From Marinobacter sp. (lineage in GTDB: Bacteria; Pseudomonadota; Gammaproteobacteria; Pseudomonadales; Oleiphilaceae), in contig NZ_JBLXHQ010000005.1 in the NCBI RefSeq assembly GCF_048259445.1, positions 84,933 through 148,932 of the forward strand: a stretch of 64,000 nucleotides of DNA, written 5' to 3'. The notes below the pieces were generated by a model. It had not been told where the DNA came from. It saw only the letters and a list, made by a program, of their open reading frames with translations, and did no database searches. The position numbers and the translations under genes are program-made. Every line of letters starts with the position of its first letter. Position 1 is the stretch's first letter. Positions 17,476 to 25,835 of the stretch are shown here, one piece after another.

Positions 17476-17852
17476 CCAAGGGCTGCGAAGGCGTCTTCCG
17501 TCAAAAAGTACCTTCGCTTAAATTCACCAAGCCAAATGAGGCTCGATGTGAGTGGATGATAGTACAAAACTTGGCAGAGCGCAGCCAATAGGTTGTGGCA
17601 ATCGCCGGAGGTTTGAACTGTAGTCAAACTCCTACCTTGTCCCTTTGGCCCCTACTTGAGGGCTATCCAAATGGTAGTTCGTCCTGATGTGTACGTCAGG
17701 TCTTACTTCCGGACGGTGCGAGGCGTACTGCAACACGTATGCGCGCACCTTCGCAGTAGACCCCGACGCTAATCGTTGAAGCGAATAACTGGCGGTCAGC
17801 ACTGAACAAAGGCCGCCAGCCTGTACCCAGGGACAACAGAAAGGAGACCTCC

Positions 17853-17978
17853 TTGTCCAAATCAAAGAAGCACCGTAGTGCAGTAACTGGGTTATACGTC
17901 ACTGAAGAGTATGCCCGCAAACATCCACGTACAACGGTGTCTGAATCAACAGGCAAGCCAAAGAAACCGAAGAAGTAA
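17853..17978 (+). CDS. Small basic protein (41 aa)
   Basis: AAGGAG lies 6 nt before the TTG. Product is MSKSKKHRSAVTGLYVTEEYARKHPRTTVSESTGKPKKPKK. The SAVTG.YVT..YA.KHP.TTV pattern resembles a widespread small-protein family as I recall it. Confidence 0.4.
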   Translation: MSKSKKHRSAVTGLYVTEEYARKHPRTTVSESTGKPKKPKK

Positions 17979-18176
17979 CAAGCAACAGTGACACACGGAC
18001 GTGTCGCCTCCCTCCAGAATTCTGACTTCTCTTCGACTCTTTCTGTGGAACCGGCGATATCGGGACTACAGCCATTAGCTTTCCGGCACCTGCTTTACAC
18101 ATGACAAGGTTGATGTTATAAAATACTAAAAATTAAATAAACTCAGAAACATAGAGCATACACCTAAACACAAAAT

Positions 18177-18308
18177 CTCATCTTATTTTGAATTATTGGG
18201 TAAAAATCTCTTGTTCAATTTGAATGTCCGAAATACCTAGTTTGAAACCTTTCCGATAAGCCCCTGTTTTCTCGTAATAGCGAGTCTCACGTATCTTTGA
18301 AATCTACA
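18177..18308 (-). repeat. Transposon-end-like array: TGT terminus plus four similarly oriented TTCAAA-containing sites
   Basis: Read inward on the minus strand: TGTAGATTTCAAAGATACGTGAG (18286-18308), GGTTTCAAACTAGG (about 18236-18254), CATTCAAATTGAAC (18208-18229), AATTCAAAATAAGATGAG (18177-18199). Confidence 0.35.
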
Positions 18309-20015
18309 CGACGAGCAACTATAATGCGACGCTCCACCAACCTCAAAAAACTCCAACGGCTTCAGCCTGTAATATTTCTCTTCCACGTCATTCGATTGCT
18401 CAGCGTATGGCTGCGTCATAACCTCCTGCAGCTCTCGAATTAACGCGTAATCCCCCGCAGCTGCTTGCTGATAAGCAGGCACAACCAACCACTCCCGCAA
18501 ACTGTATTTTGGATTCACGAGATTCATCTGGCGAGACAGCGCCTCACGAGACTGAGGTTGAGTGGCCGATTTCCATTTTGTAAGCCACTCAGACCACCGC
18601 TTGTCCAACCCCAACGGATCCGATCCATCCTTTGAGTTCTTGTAGAAGCTCTTTTTAAGCGGGCCAATATCGTCAGGTACCGTTGAGAGCTCGCGAAAGA
18701 AAATGGTGTAATCCACAGGTGTTTGCACCATGAGCGTTGCGAGCTCGCTGAACAGCGCGGGGTTAAAAGCATCTAGCCCAAGTTTTGCAGCCCACATGCT
18801 TTCCAGTTGCGCTTGCATCACCTTTGGAAACTCGCGTCGAATCTCATCGAGTTTTCGCAGACAGTCCTGATGTTCCTTCAGCAATGGCTGCAACGCCGAG
18901 CAAAACATGTGGAAATTGCGTTCGGCTGCTACAGGCTGGTTCAGAAACGAGTAGTGGTGTCCCCCACCCGTCCATGGCTGGTAATGCGGATCAAACACTT
19001 CACAAAATCCGAACGGACCGTAATCGAGTGTGAAGCCCCCGGCCGCACAGTTGTCGCTGTTGAAGTTGCCCTGGCAGTAGCCGACACGAATCCAGTTCGC
19101 CACAAGCGATGTGAGCCGGCTGCGAAACTCCCGCGCAAGCAACACCACTTTTTCGGCAGTTGTCAGCGCCTGGTCGATCACTTTTCCGTACTCACGATCG
19201 ATCAGGTGCAGCACAATCTTCTCGAGCTCCTCCATCGCTTTTGGGTGTTCATTCTTTCGGGCTCGGCGAGCAAAGAGTTCAAGTTGACCGACCCGAAGGA
19301 AAGACGGTGCGACCCGCGTCGAGATCGCGACTGGTTCCGCGACAAGTATGTCCGGATCTCTCGAATGTGAGCCCTCCGAATACCATGGCCGCCTGACCTT
19401 CTCCGTTTTCGAAACGTACAGACTCAAAGACCGCGACGTTGGCACCCCGAGCGCGTGCATGTGCTCCTGTGCCAGAAACTCCCGGGCACTCGACCGAAGA
19501 ACAGCCCGCCCATCGCCGCCCCGGCAGTATGGCGTTCGACCGCTGCCTTTTAGCTGCATTTCCCAGCGTCGATCGTTAATGGCAGCCTCAAACACCGAAA
19601 TTGCTCGCCCGTCGCCGTATCCGTTGCCGGTCTGGAATGGGCACTGCTGAGTATATTCGGTACCGTAAATGGAAAGTGCGTAACCACACGCCCAACCGAC
19701 CTTGCGCATTGGCTCTGGAACGCTCGCAAGATCGCCGGAGAACACACGGATAAAGTCAGTCGACTGCGCCAGGTTGTCGGCAAAGCCCAGTTCGCGAAAC
19801 AGGTCTTTGCTGTGCGCGACGTACTCAGGGTTTTCGATTGGCGTGGGACTAACGGGCACATAGTGGCCCGTGAAGACCTGGCGCGGATCGTGGTCGAGCC
19901 CGTCTGCTCTCGCATCAGGGTCGCATTGGAGGGAATCCATCAGTGAATAATCTGCACACTTTGCAAGATCGTCGAGTGTTGCGTGAACTAGGAGCCGTTT
20001 GCTGTCATGTCCCAT
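18237..20015 (-). CDS. selO: Protein adenylyltransferase SelO (YdiU family), with an atypical 23-aa C-terminal extension
   Basis: [57 protein letters not shown], and the ...HYSCSS motif followed by [23 protein letters not shown]. Confidence 0.85.
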   Translation of the reverse strand: MGHDSKRLLVHATLDDLAKCADYSLMDSLQCDPDARADGLDHDPRQVFTGHYVPVSPTPIENPEYVAHSKDLFRELGFADNLAQSTDFIRVFSGDLASVPEPMRKVGWACGYALSIYGTEYTQQCPFQTGNGYGDGRAISVFEAAINDRRWEMQLKGSGRTPYCRGGDGRAVLRSSAREFLAQEHMHALGVPTSRSLSLYVSKTEKVRRPWYSEGSHSRDPDILVAEPVAISTRVAPSFLRVGQLELFARRARKNEHPKAMEELEKIVLHLIDREYGKVIDQALTTAEKVVLLAREFRSRLTSLVANWIRVGYCQGNFNSDNCAAGGFTLDYGPFGFCEVFDPHYQPWTGGGHHYSFLNQPVAAERNFHMFCSALQPLLKEHQDCLRKLDEIRREFPKVMQAQLESMWAAKLGLDAFNPALFSELATLMVQTPVDYTIFFRELSTVPDDIGPLKKSFYKNSKDGSDPLGLDKRWSEWLTKWKSATQPQSREALSRQMNLVNPKYSLREWLVVPAYQQAAAGDYALIRELQEVMTQPYAEQSNDVEEKYYRLKPLEFFEVGGASHYSCSSCRFQRYVRLAITRKQGLIGKVSN

Positions 20016-20046
20016 GTAATTCCCTGGTTTTTCTCATTTCAATAGA

Positions 20047-20826
20047 TCATTGGCGATCCATAATCGCTTGCAAATCCACCATCGCATCCTGATTTACAGT
20101 GATGAATCCGCTTTGCGGCCGATCAAGATCAACCACCAGTGTGATAAGCACCGCGAATGCAATCGTTAATGGCATAACTGCAACAATCCTTCGCTTGCCG
20201 TAGAAGCCTAGCTGCAACCCCAATATGGCAATAGAGAGAAGCGTAATGATCAGCAACCCTGCCCAAACGCTGCCAGGAATCTGACTGTTTACCGCAGTGA
20301 TCTTTCGTCGTTCCCCGAGGTTGATCACATCGATTATGGACTGCGCCACTGTGCCCATAATACCGTCCCGAGTGAGCGGTGCAATCTCGACGGCCTGCTC
20401 CCAAAGCGATTGGTAAATTTCAATAGACTTTGAAATCGCGCTCTCCAGGTCGCGATCGTGTACAACCTGAACTCGTACCTCAACGTAATTACGAAGCAGG
20501 CGTTTGATTTCAACGTTGTGCGGCGCGGCAACCAGATCCGCAAGCAGGTAAGCGCTGTGAATCGCAGCCGCTTCGGAAACAACGTTCTGTTTACGGGCTT
20601 GATACTGCTCTATTGCTATGGAAAACGTTAACGCGAGGATAAAAGCCAGCATGCTGAGCAGCCCGGCCACCATAGAACCAATTGAGCTTGGAGCCTCCTT
20701 GTCACGCAACGTGCGTCGATGGTACCGGCCGAGCAGAAAACCGACTTCGCATGCAATATATATCAACACTGCCATTCCCAGAAAGAGAACTGGCATTTGA
20801 GATGTCGCTACTAATCCCGCGATCAT
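20047..20826 (-). CDS. DUF4239-like membrane protein
   Basis: Two N-terminal and two C-terminal TM segments around a helical core. The pattern is as recalled for the DUF4239 family. Confidence 0.45.
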   Translation of the reverse strand: MIAGLVATSQMPVLFLGMAVLIYIACEVGFLLGRYHRRTLRDKEAPSSIGSMVAGLLSMLAFILALTFSIAIEQYQARKQNVVSEAAAIHSAYLLADLVAAPHNVEIKRLLRNYVEVRVQVVHDRDLESAISKSIEIYQSLWEQAVEIAPLTRDGIMGTVAQSIIDVINLGERRKITAVNSQIPGSVWAGLLIITLLSIAILGLQLGFYGKRRIVAVMPLTIAFAVLITLVVDLDRPQSGFITVNQDAMVDLQAIMDRQ

Positions 20827-20870
20827 TGACCGCTTCCTTTGATTTAAGAGTGGCCGGGCCTAAGCTTTCA

Positions 20871-21710
20871 TTACTTCTTAGGAAACAGGAGCGTAAACGT
20901 GAAACGCAGTCCCCATTCGGGACCATTGTCCGGGGCATCAAGGTAATAGCGGGCGCCGCCCTGAAAGCTTACCAATTGCTCACCAAGTTTGGTCACTTTG
21001 CTGTAGGCAACATTCAGCGGAACGGTCCACTGCTCGGCCTCCCAGTTATAGGTAGACTCGAGGGCGACATTTACAGTGCGGCCGCTGCCAAGACCCTTTG
21101 CAAGGAACGGCTGCAAATAGGTGGCGTTAACGTCCTCACGGTCGCTCTCCCCGGCAAAGGACCAGAGGTGATTAGCCAGTGCTCCGTATGTCCAACCGGC
21201 GGTCGTTTGTTTGAGTGCAACGATAGTGGGACCAGCACCCCATTTTTCTGTCCCAAGCAGGTCATCGGTTGCGGTGGGAATAAGAAAAGCCGGTCCGGCG
21301 CCCCATGTCCAGCCGCTTGCCGTCAAAGCCTTTGGCGAGAAAAACAGGCTCTGCGTTACATCGCCAAGGCCAGACTGGTCGCCAGCACCGGGAAAGATCT
21401 CATCCTGATAAACGAGCGGGACGATCGTGCGCGAGATCATATTCCAGTCTTCACCGATCGAAACGGGTATCACTGGCTGAACATTGAGGGTGTATTTGTA
21501 GCCGTCATCCTGGGTGCCGATGCCGTCGTCATAATTGAGCTGCATGGGTACGCTGGTCAGGCTGGCAATGGGATTTGCAAGTTGCTTGGCCAGCTCGTCG
21601 GCAGACCCTTGCGCATAGGCAGCAGAGCAACTTATGCCGAGCGGTATCGCCAAAACAGCCAGCGAGCAAGCTTGCCGTACGAGAACATTCTTTTTTAATT
21701 CAGAGCGCAT
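20871..21710 (-). CDS. Outer-membrane beta-barrel protein, MetA-pathway (Phenol_MetA_deg)-like
   Basis: Signal peptide from the ATG at 21708-21710 (MRSELKKNVLVRQACSLAVLAIPLGISCSAAYAQ) with a GGAGA SD. Alternating beta-strand pattern and C-terminal ...RFTFTLLFPKK. Confidence 0.5.
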   Translation of the reverse strand: MRSELKKNVLVRQACSLAVLAIPLGISCSAAYAQGSADELAKQLANPIASLTSVPMQLNYDDGIGTQDDGYKYTLNVQPVIPVSIGEDWNMISRTIVPLVYQDEIFPGAGDQSGLGDVTQSLFFSPKALTASGWTWGAGPAFLIPTATDDLLGTEKWGAGPTIVALKQTTAGWTYGALANHLWSFAGESDREDVNATYLQPFLAKGLGSGRTVNVALESTYNWEAEQWTVPLNVAYSKVTKLGEQLVSFQGGARYYLDAPDNGPEWGLRFTFTLLFPKK

Positions 21711-21777
21711 GCTTTTAATCTCCGCCCGCAAGGGTATCTCCGACTCAACGAAGGTGTGCAAAGGTTTTTTCTTCTAT

Positions 21778-22257
21778 TCACTTAACAGTGTAGCCACGAC
21801 CTTCAAGACAGGCAGCATAGGCACGATTAAAGTCGTCCTTCTTGGCAGTGGATTGAGCTACCAGCTGCTGCTCCTCCTGTTGATGTTCCGCCTCTGCCTC
21901 CCGATTGGCACGGCGCTGCCTGAGCCCACCAACAACGGCGCCTGCCACGGCACCGCGCCTCGCTGCTTCCGAGCTATCGCCCGCGATGGCACCGAAAGCG
22001 GCACCACCAGCCGCGCCATGCACTGCCCCACCCGCTTGCTGCTCGGGCTCAGAAAGAGCCACGCTGCCAGTCGCCGGATTAGCCGGATCGTAACCAGTAT
22101 TTGTTTTGGCCCAGTTAGAACAGTCAAGCTTGTCCTTTGCCTGTTGGTCAGACGACTGCCCTTTATCGGGATAGATGAATAACTCCTGTGCCAGCGCCTG
22201 GTGCGTGGCACCGAGTAACAGTACTGAGAGCAAGCATGATGTACTTAACCTGTTCAT
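21778..22257 (-). CDS. Secreted glycine-zipper protein
   Basis: Signal peptide, the G/A-rich zipper GGAVHGAAGGAAFGAIAG...AVAGAVVGG, and C-terminal FNRAYAACLEGRGYTV. Confidence 0.5.
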   Translation of the reverse strand: MNRLSTSCLLSVLLLGATHQALAQELFIYPDKGQSSDQQAKDKLDCSNWAKTNTGYDPANPATGSVALSEPEQQAGGAVHGAAGGAAFGAIAGDSSEAARRGAVAGAVVGGLRQRRANREAEAEHQQEEQQLVAQSTAKKDDFNRAYAACLEGRGYTVK

Positions 22258-22281
22258 TTCACAGCCCCTTATGTCGTTATG

Positions 22282-23067
22282 TTAGAACCTGATCCCCAGG
22301 CCCAGATAGGGCCCACTTGCTGTCATGTCCCAGGTCGTTCCGTCGTCTTTGTAATCCCAATAAAGCTGGCGATACCCCGCCTTGGCACTGAAATCACGGG
22401 TAAAATCCCAGTTTGCACCAACCATAAATTGATAAGTCAGATCAGAGCCGCCACCTCCGACATCCGCATAGCCCAGCAAGGACCACTGCTCGTTAAGCGG
22501 GTGCAGTGCACGCACACCGACCACCGCATCAGTCCAGCTATCCGAATCGCTGGCGCTTTTGGCACCACCGGGGAAAACAATGCCTGGAGTCGTCGAAAGC
22601 GCAACTCTGGCGTCAGTATCGAGTTTTGTAATTCGCAGCGCACCGACCATATCGATAGCCGTGGTGTTGTCCAGAACCCGGTAAGCAAATGATCCCTGGT
22701 AGACATACAGCTTGCTTGTCAGGTTTAACGCGCCATCGGTAGTCACCTGACCGAAAGGCCCGCTTACACTTTTAGAGCCCTCATCAGACAACTTCATGTA
22801 AACCCCTTCCAGACCAAAGGTCCAAGGTCCTTTTCTGGCTGTAAAAAACCCCATAAAACCTGAATTGAGGTCATCCAGGATGTCACTGAAAGAGGCATCC
22901 ACATCACTGGTGACGCCCCGCACACCAACCTTTCCGTCCATAGCGGCTGCGAACACATAAGGCGTGGCTTCGAATTGCCAACTATCACTCTCGGCCGAAA
23001 AGGCTGCCTGATTCGCGCTGCAGCCCAGCAGAACCAGCGGAATGGCGAATAGTTTCTTAATGTGCAT
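22282..23067 (-). CDS. Outer-membrane beta-barrel protein (OmpW/OMP_b-brl-like)
   Basis: The ATG at 23065-23067 has a GGAGA SD. MHIKKLFAIPLVLLGCSANQAAFS signal and terminal ...YLGLGIRF. Confidence 0.55.
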   Translation of the reverse strand: MHIKKLFAIPLVLLGCSANQAAFSAESDSWQFEATPYVFAAAMDGKVGVRGVTSDVDASFSDILDDLNSGFMGFFTARKGPWTFGLEGVYMKLSDEGSKSVSGPFGQVTTDGALNLTSKLYVYQGSFAYRVLDNTTAIDMVGALRITKLDTDARVALSTTPGIVFPGGAKSASDSDSWTDAVVGVRALHPLNEQWSLLGYADVGGGGSDLTYQFMVGANWDFTRDFSAKAGYRQLYWDYKDDGTTWDMTASGPYLGLGIRF

Positions 23068-23282
23068 GGGTTGATCTCCAGCCGGCTGATGAGTTGATAA
23101 CACCACGGACAGCCAGCGCATGGAACTGTCCCTTGGGGTATTAAATGATCGACGGAGGGGCGTAAGTGCCCTACCCTCCAGGACAACCTGTCTTCTCGAT
23201 AAAGCCACAGATAACAGGGTCGCAAATAAGGAAGTTAACCGGAGAATATGCTGTTAAAAAAACACGCCTGTACTTTATTTGG

Positions 23283-23894
23283 TCAATCGCGGGCGGACGA
23301 CGACGTATGCTCTACGCTAATTGCAAGCGATTCCTCATACAGGGCATCCACCTGATCACCAACACGAATATTGGACAGATCGATATCTTCCTCCACCGCC
23401 AATGTGACCGTGTGCTCCGCGCCCTCAAACGTAACTGTTCGTAGTTCTGAATCGATAGCGCGTACTACACCCCGGGCATGGATCGTCGAACGCAGCGTTC
23501 CGCCCGGCATTTCGCCAAGTTTGGCACGATCCAGAGTCACGGCATCAACCCGCGCGCGCATGTCGATATCAGCATCAGCCGGGCTGAGCGCAAGCGCAAC
23601 GCCAATGCTGTAGGCCACAACGACCCTGTCACCTGCCCGAACCTGCGGCAGATTGCGGGCCTCCTCACCCACCTTCAGGCGAACGAGCTCGTCATCTTCA
23701 GTGCGCAGTACCAAGACACGGTTGCCCCAATCAACTGCCACAACAATGGCTGTCACCATAACGCTCTCACCCATCGCCACGGCCGGCATTTCAAGCCCGG
23801 AATCAGCACCAACTGCCGGTTCATTCGCAAGAACAGGACCTGTGAGCATCAGACACAGCAAAACTGCACCCCAATTTGCTCCTGAAATGTTCAT
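23283..23894 (-). CDS. Secreted protein with two internal ~70-aa repeats
   Basis: Signal peptide. The repeated pattern V.A(V/I)D...R.(L/V)..........V.L.V.E......(V/I)R.GD.V...Y occurs twice. Confidence 0.45.
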   Translation of the reverse strand: MNISGANWGAVLLCLMLTGPVLANEPAVGADSGLEMPAVAMGESVMVTAIVVAVDWGNRVLVLRTEDDELVRLKVGEEARNLPQVRAGDRVVVAYSIGVALALSPADADIDMRARVDAVTLDRAKLGEMPGGTLRSTIHARGVVRAIDSELRTVTFEGAEHTVTLAVEEDIDLSNIRVGDQVDALYEESLAISVEHTSSSARD

Positions 23895-23934
23895 TATTGC
23901 TCTCCCTTAAAGTTTAGAGTTTTGTAAATACAAT

Positions 23935-24321
23935 CTATTCCTCTATTTTTGCGACCACTGCAGCCCATTCTTCATTTGTCATTTGATCACGAATGGCGAA
24001 TCGGTGATCGAGCGCAAGGGATTGAGCGGCCTCCCAGTCGGCGTTCATCAAATCAAGTTGCGCCTGCATGCTGGCAGCCCCTGAGTCATGATCTTCGTAT
24101 AATTTGCTCAAAACCTTGCCGGATTTGGCGAACACCTTGTCAAACTGCTTCAATTCACTTTGAAGTGCTTTCACCTCATGAAGTACTGCTTCAGCTCGAT
24201 CCGGATTTGTTATTACCTGCTGAGCAAAGCTCTCGAAACTCTTGAGCATGTCGTGGGTCAGGATGGCACCGGATGCGTTAGGACCACCAAGAAAAAAAGC
24301 AACGAGTAATGCTACGAGCAT
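23935..24321 (-). CDS. Periplasmic helical protein (Spy/CpxP-like pattern)
   Basis: N-terminal hydrophobic segment, all-helical composition, and C-terminal FAIRDQMTNEEWAAVVAKIE. Confidence 0.35.
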   Translation of the reverse strand: MLVALLVAFFLGGPNASGAILTHDMLKSFESFAQQVITNPDRAEAVLHEVKALQSELKQFDKVFAKSGKVLSKLYEDHDSGAASMQAQLDLMNADWEAAQSLALDHRFAIRDQMTNEEWAAVVAKIEE

Positions 24322-24322
24322 C

Positions 24323-24799
24323 TCATTGGTCTCCTGCTGTGAGGCTCATGGTTCGTGGGTTAAGCTTCTTCAGCTCAAACTTTGCCAGTGTTTCCCACTC
24401 TTTTGCGGTAACCGTTGACTTCATCTTAGTCATCAGTGCCAGGAACTCGGTTTGAGCGGCACGGCGCTCCCCGTTGTAGTCTTGAATGAGGTTGTCCAAC
24501 TCCTCGCGTTCGGTTGCATAATCCAGAGTCATAGCCTTGAGTTTTTCAGAGTATTGGTGCACCGAAGTTGCGTGTTGACTGATCAACTGGTCCCGTTCTG
24601 CTGATAAAGCCGCGAATTCTTTAGCCCTCGCCGGATCATCAATTTCACTGGCAATCAGATTCTGGAATTCGGCATGTATTTCCGCCTGCTGCGCTTTTAC
24701 CTCGTCGGGACTCACGTCCTTGGATATGCTTGCGCAGCCGATCACGACTGACATCGCGATACTGATGACAGATAAACAAAAAATATGGTTAGGTTTCAT
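24323..24799 (-). CDS. Lipoprotein, helical, paralogue-like to the downstream gene
   Basis: Lipobox VIGC and C-terminal MTKMKSTVTAKEWETLAKFE. Separated from the next gene by 1 nt. Confidence 0.4.
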   Translation of the reverse strand: MKPNHIFCLSVISIAMSVVIGCASISKDVSPDEVKAQQAEIHAEFQNLIASEIDDPARAKEFAALSAERDQLISQHATSVHQYSEKLKAMTLDYATEREELDNLIQDYNGERRAAQTEFLALMTKMKSTVTAKEWETLAKFELKKLNPRTMSLTAGDQ

Positions 24800-24816
24800 T
24801 TGGTTTTCTTCGGCCT

Positions 24817-25593
24817 CTAGAAATCGAATTTAAGATAGGCCAACGCACCTTCGTACTGCCAACTCATGTCACCATCGAATCTGTTTTTTGAGACACTAAC
24901 GTCGAGTTCTACAGCATTGACGCCAACGCCAATCGCGATGTTTTTCGTCACACTGAAATCGAGTCCGGCGAAGACGTCGTAAAGAGATCCCTCGTAGTCT
25001 CCATAATCAACAGCAAAAATTTCGCCGCTGCCTCGAAGTGCCCAGCGCTTAGCAAACCGGTATTCTCCGCGCAGGCCAATAACGGGTAAGGGTGCGGTAA
25101 GGTCATTCGATTCCACACTACCGCCACCCGATGTGGATAACTTCGCACCCAGGTCTGCTACGTAAACGCCAAGAGTCACGCCGAGAAAGCTGCGATCGCG
25201 CTTCAGAAACATCCAGGTGTATGCAGCCTTATAGATCGTCAGGTCGAGATCGGTTTTTACCGTGCTGCTGATAGGGTATGTTGTGTCCTCCCAGACTATT
25301 TCCCTTTCAATCTGTTTCGAGGATGAGCGGGACAGGTCGAATGCGCTAAAGTCGAAACGATGTTTTTCTGCGAATCGCCAGTAACCGTCCACACGGAAAA
25401 CCGTATCCGACCTCTTGAGCCCAAGGTCGTCCTCCAAATCTATGTCCGTTCCCCGGCCAGAGTCCCCGTCGACTCTCGTCCGGCTTTCACGATCCGTAAA
25501 AAAGGCGCCGATGCTTATACTGAATGTCGGGTCTTCCTGTGCGATCGCAGTGCTCGTGATCATTAGCAACATAAAAAGCCACGTGGCTCGCAT
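24817..25593 (-). CDS. Outer-membrane beta-barrel protein
   Basis: Signal peptide MRATWLFMLLMITSTAIAQ, alternating strands, and terminal ...AYLKFDF. Confidence 0.5.
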   Translation of the reverse strand: MRATWLFMLLMITSTAIAQEDPTFSISIGAFFTDRESRTRVDGDSGRGTDIDLEDDLGLKRSDTVFRVDGYWRFAEKHRFDFSAFDLSRSSSKQIEREIVWEDTTYPISSTVKTDLDLTIYKAAYTWMFLKRDRSFLGVTLGVYVADLGAKLSTSGGGSVESNDLTAPLPVIGLRGEYRFAKRWALRGSGEIFAVDYGDYEGSLYDVFAGLDFSVTKNIAIGVGVNAVELDVSVSKNRFDGDMSWQYEGALAYLKFDF

Positions 25594-25718
25594 GTTATCC
25601 CCTCCCCTGATTTTCTTTCTTCAGTATTCCCCTCAATGCGCCCGCTCGCTATCAAGAAAACGCATGGCGCTATTTCCAGCACATATCCTTTCTACCACCA
25701 CTGCCCTGTGCCCACTGT

Positions 25719-25765
25719 GTCTTGCGCATAACTGATAGCGCCATAGAGACGCACAGGTGATGCTA
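25719..25765 (+). promoter_or_regulatory. Conserved 47-nt box upstream of a DUF1254/DUF1214 gene (copy 1)
   Basis: GTCTTGCGCATAACTGATAGCGCCATAGAGACGCACAGGTGATGCTA. About 40 of 47 positions are identical to 28962-29008 by hand alignment. Confidence 0.5.
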
Positions 25766-25835
25766 ATCAAGAGGTTTTAGACAAGTCGCCGGCTCGCACA
25801 CGCAACAAAATAGAGATCAATCAGGAGCAATTGCT

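Noticed and set aside
17190-18176. ORF-less group II intron or another known large structured RNA
   Set aside because: I found no GUGYG-type 5' end paired with a domain V-like 34-nt hairpin (AGC...GNRA...) on either strand, and no other signature I recognise. The region remains an unclassified candidate only.
9711-18308. CRISPR-associated transposon (CAST) interpretation of the Tn7-like element
   Set aside because: There is no cas gene. No regularly spaced direct repeats occur anywhere between tniQ and selO, and no tracr-like repeat/anti-repeat pair could be identified by eye.
9711-18308. Single Tn7-like element running from the TGT at 9711 to the ACA at 18308
   Set aside because: The 5 bp flanking the two ends differ (CCCTT versus CGACG). 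Joining the flanks would fuse selO in frame to the sigma-like gene, which is not a plausible pre-insertion site. I kept it only as an alternative, for example if recombination has occurred between nested related elements.
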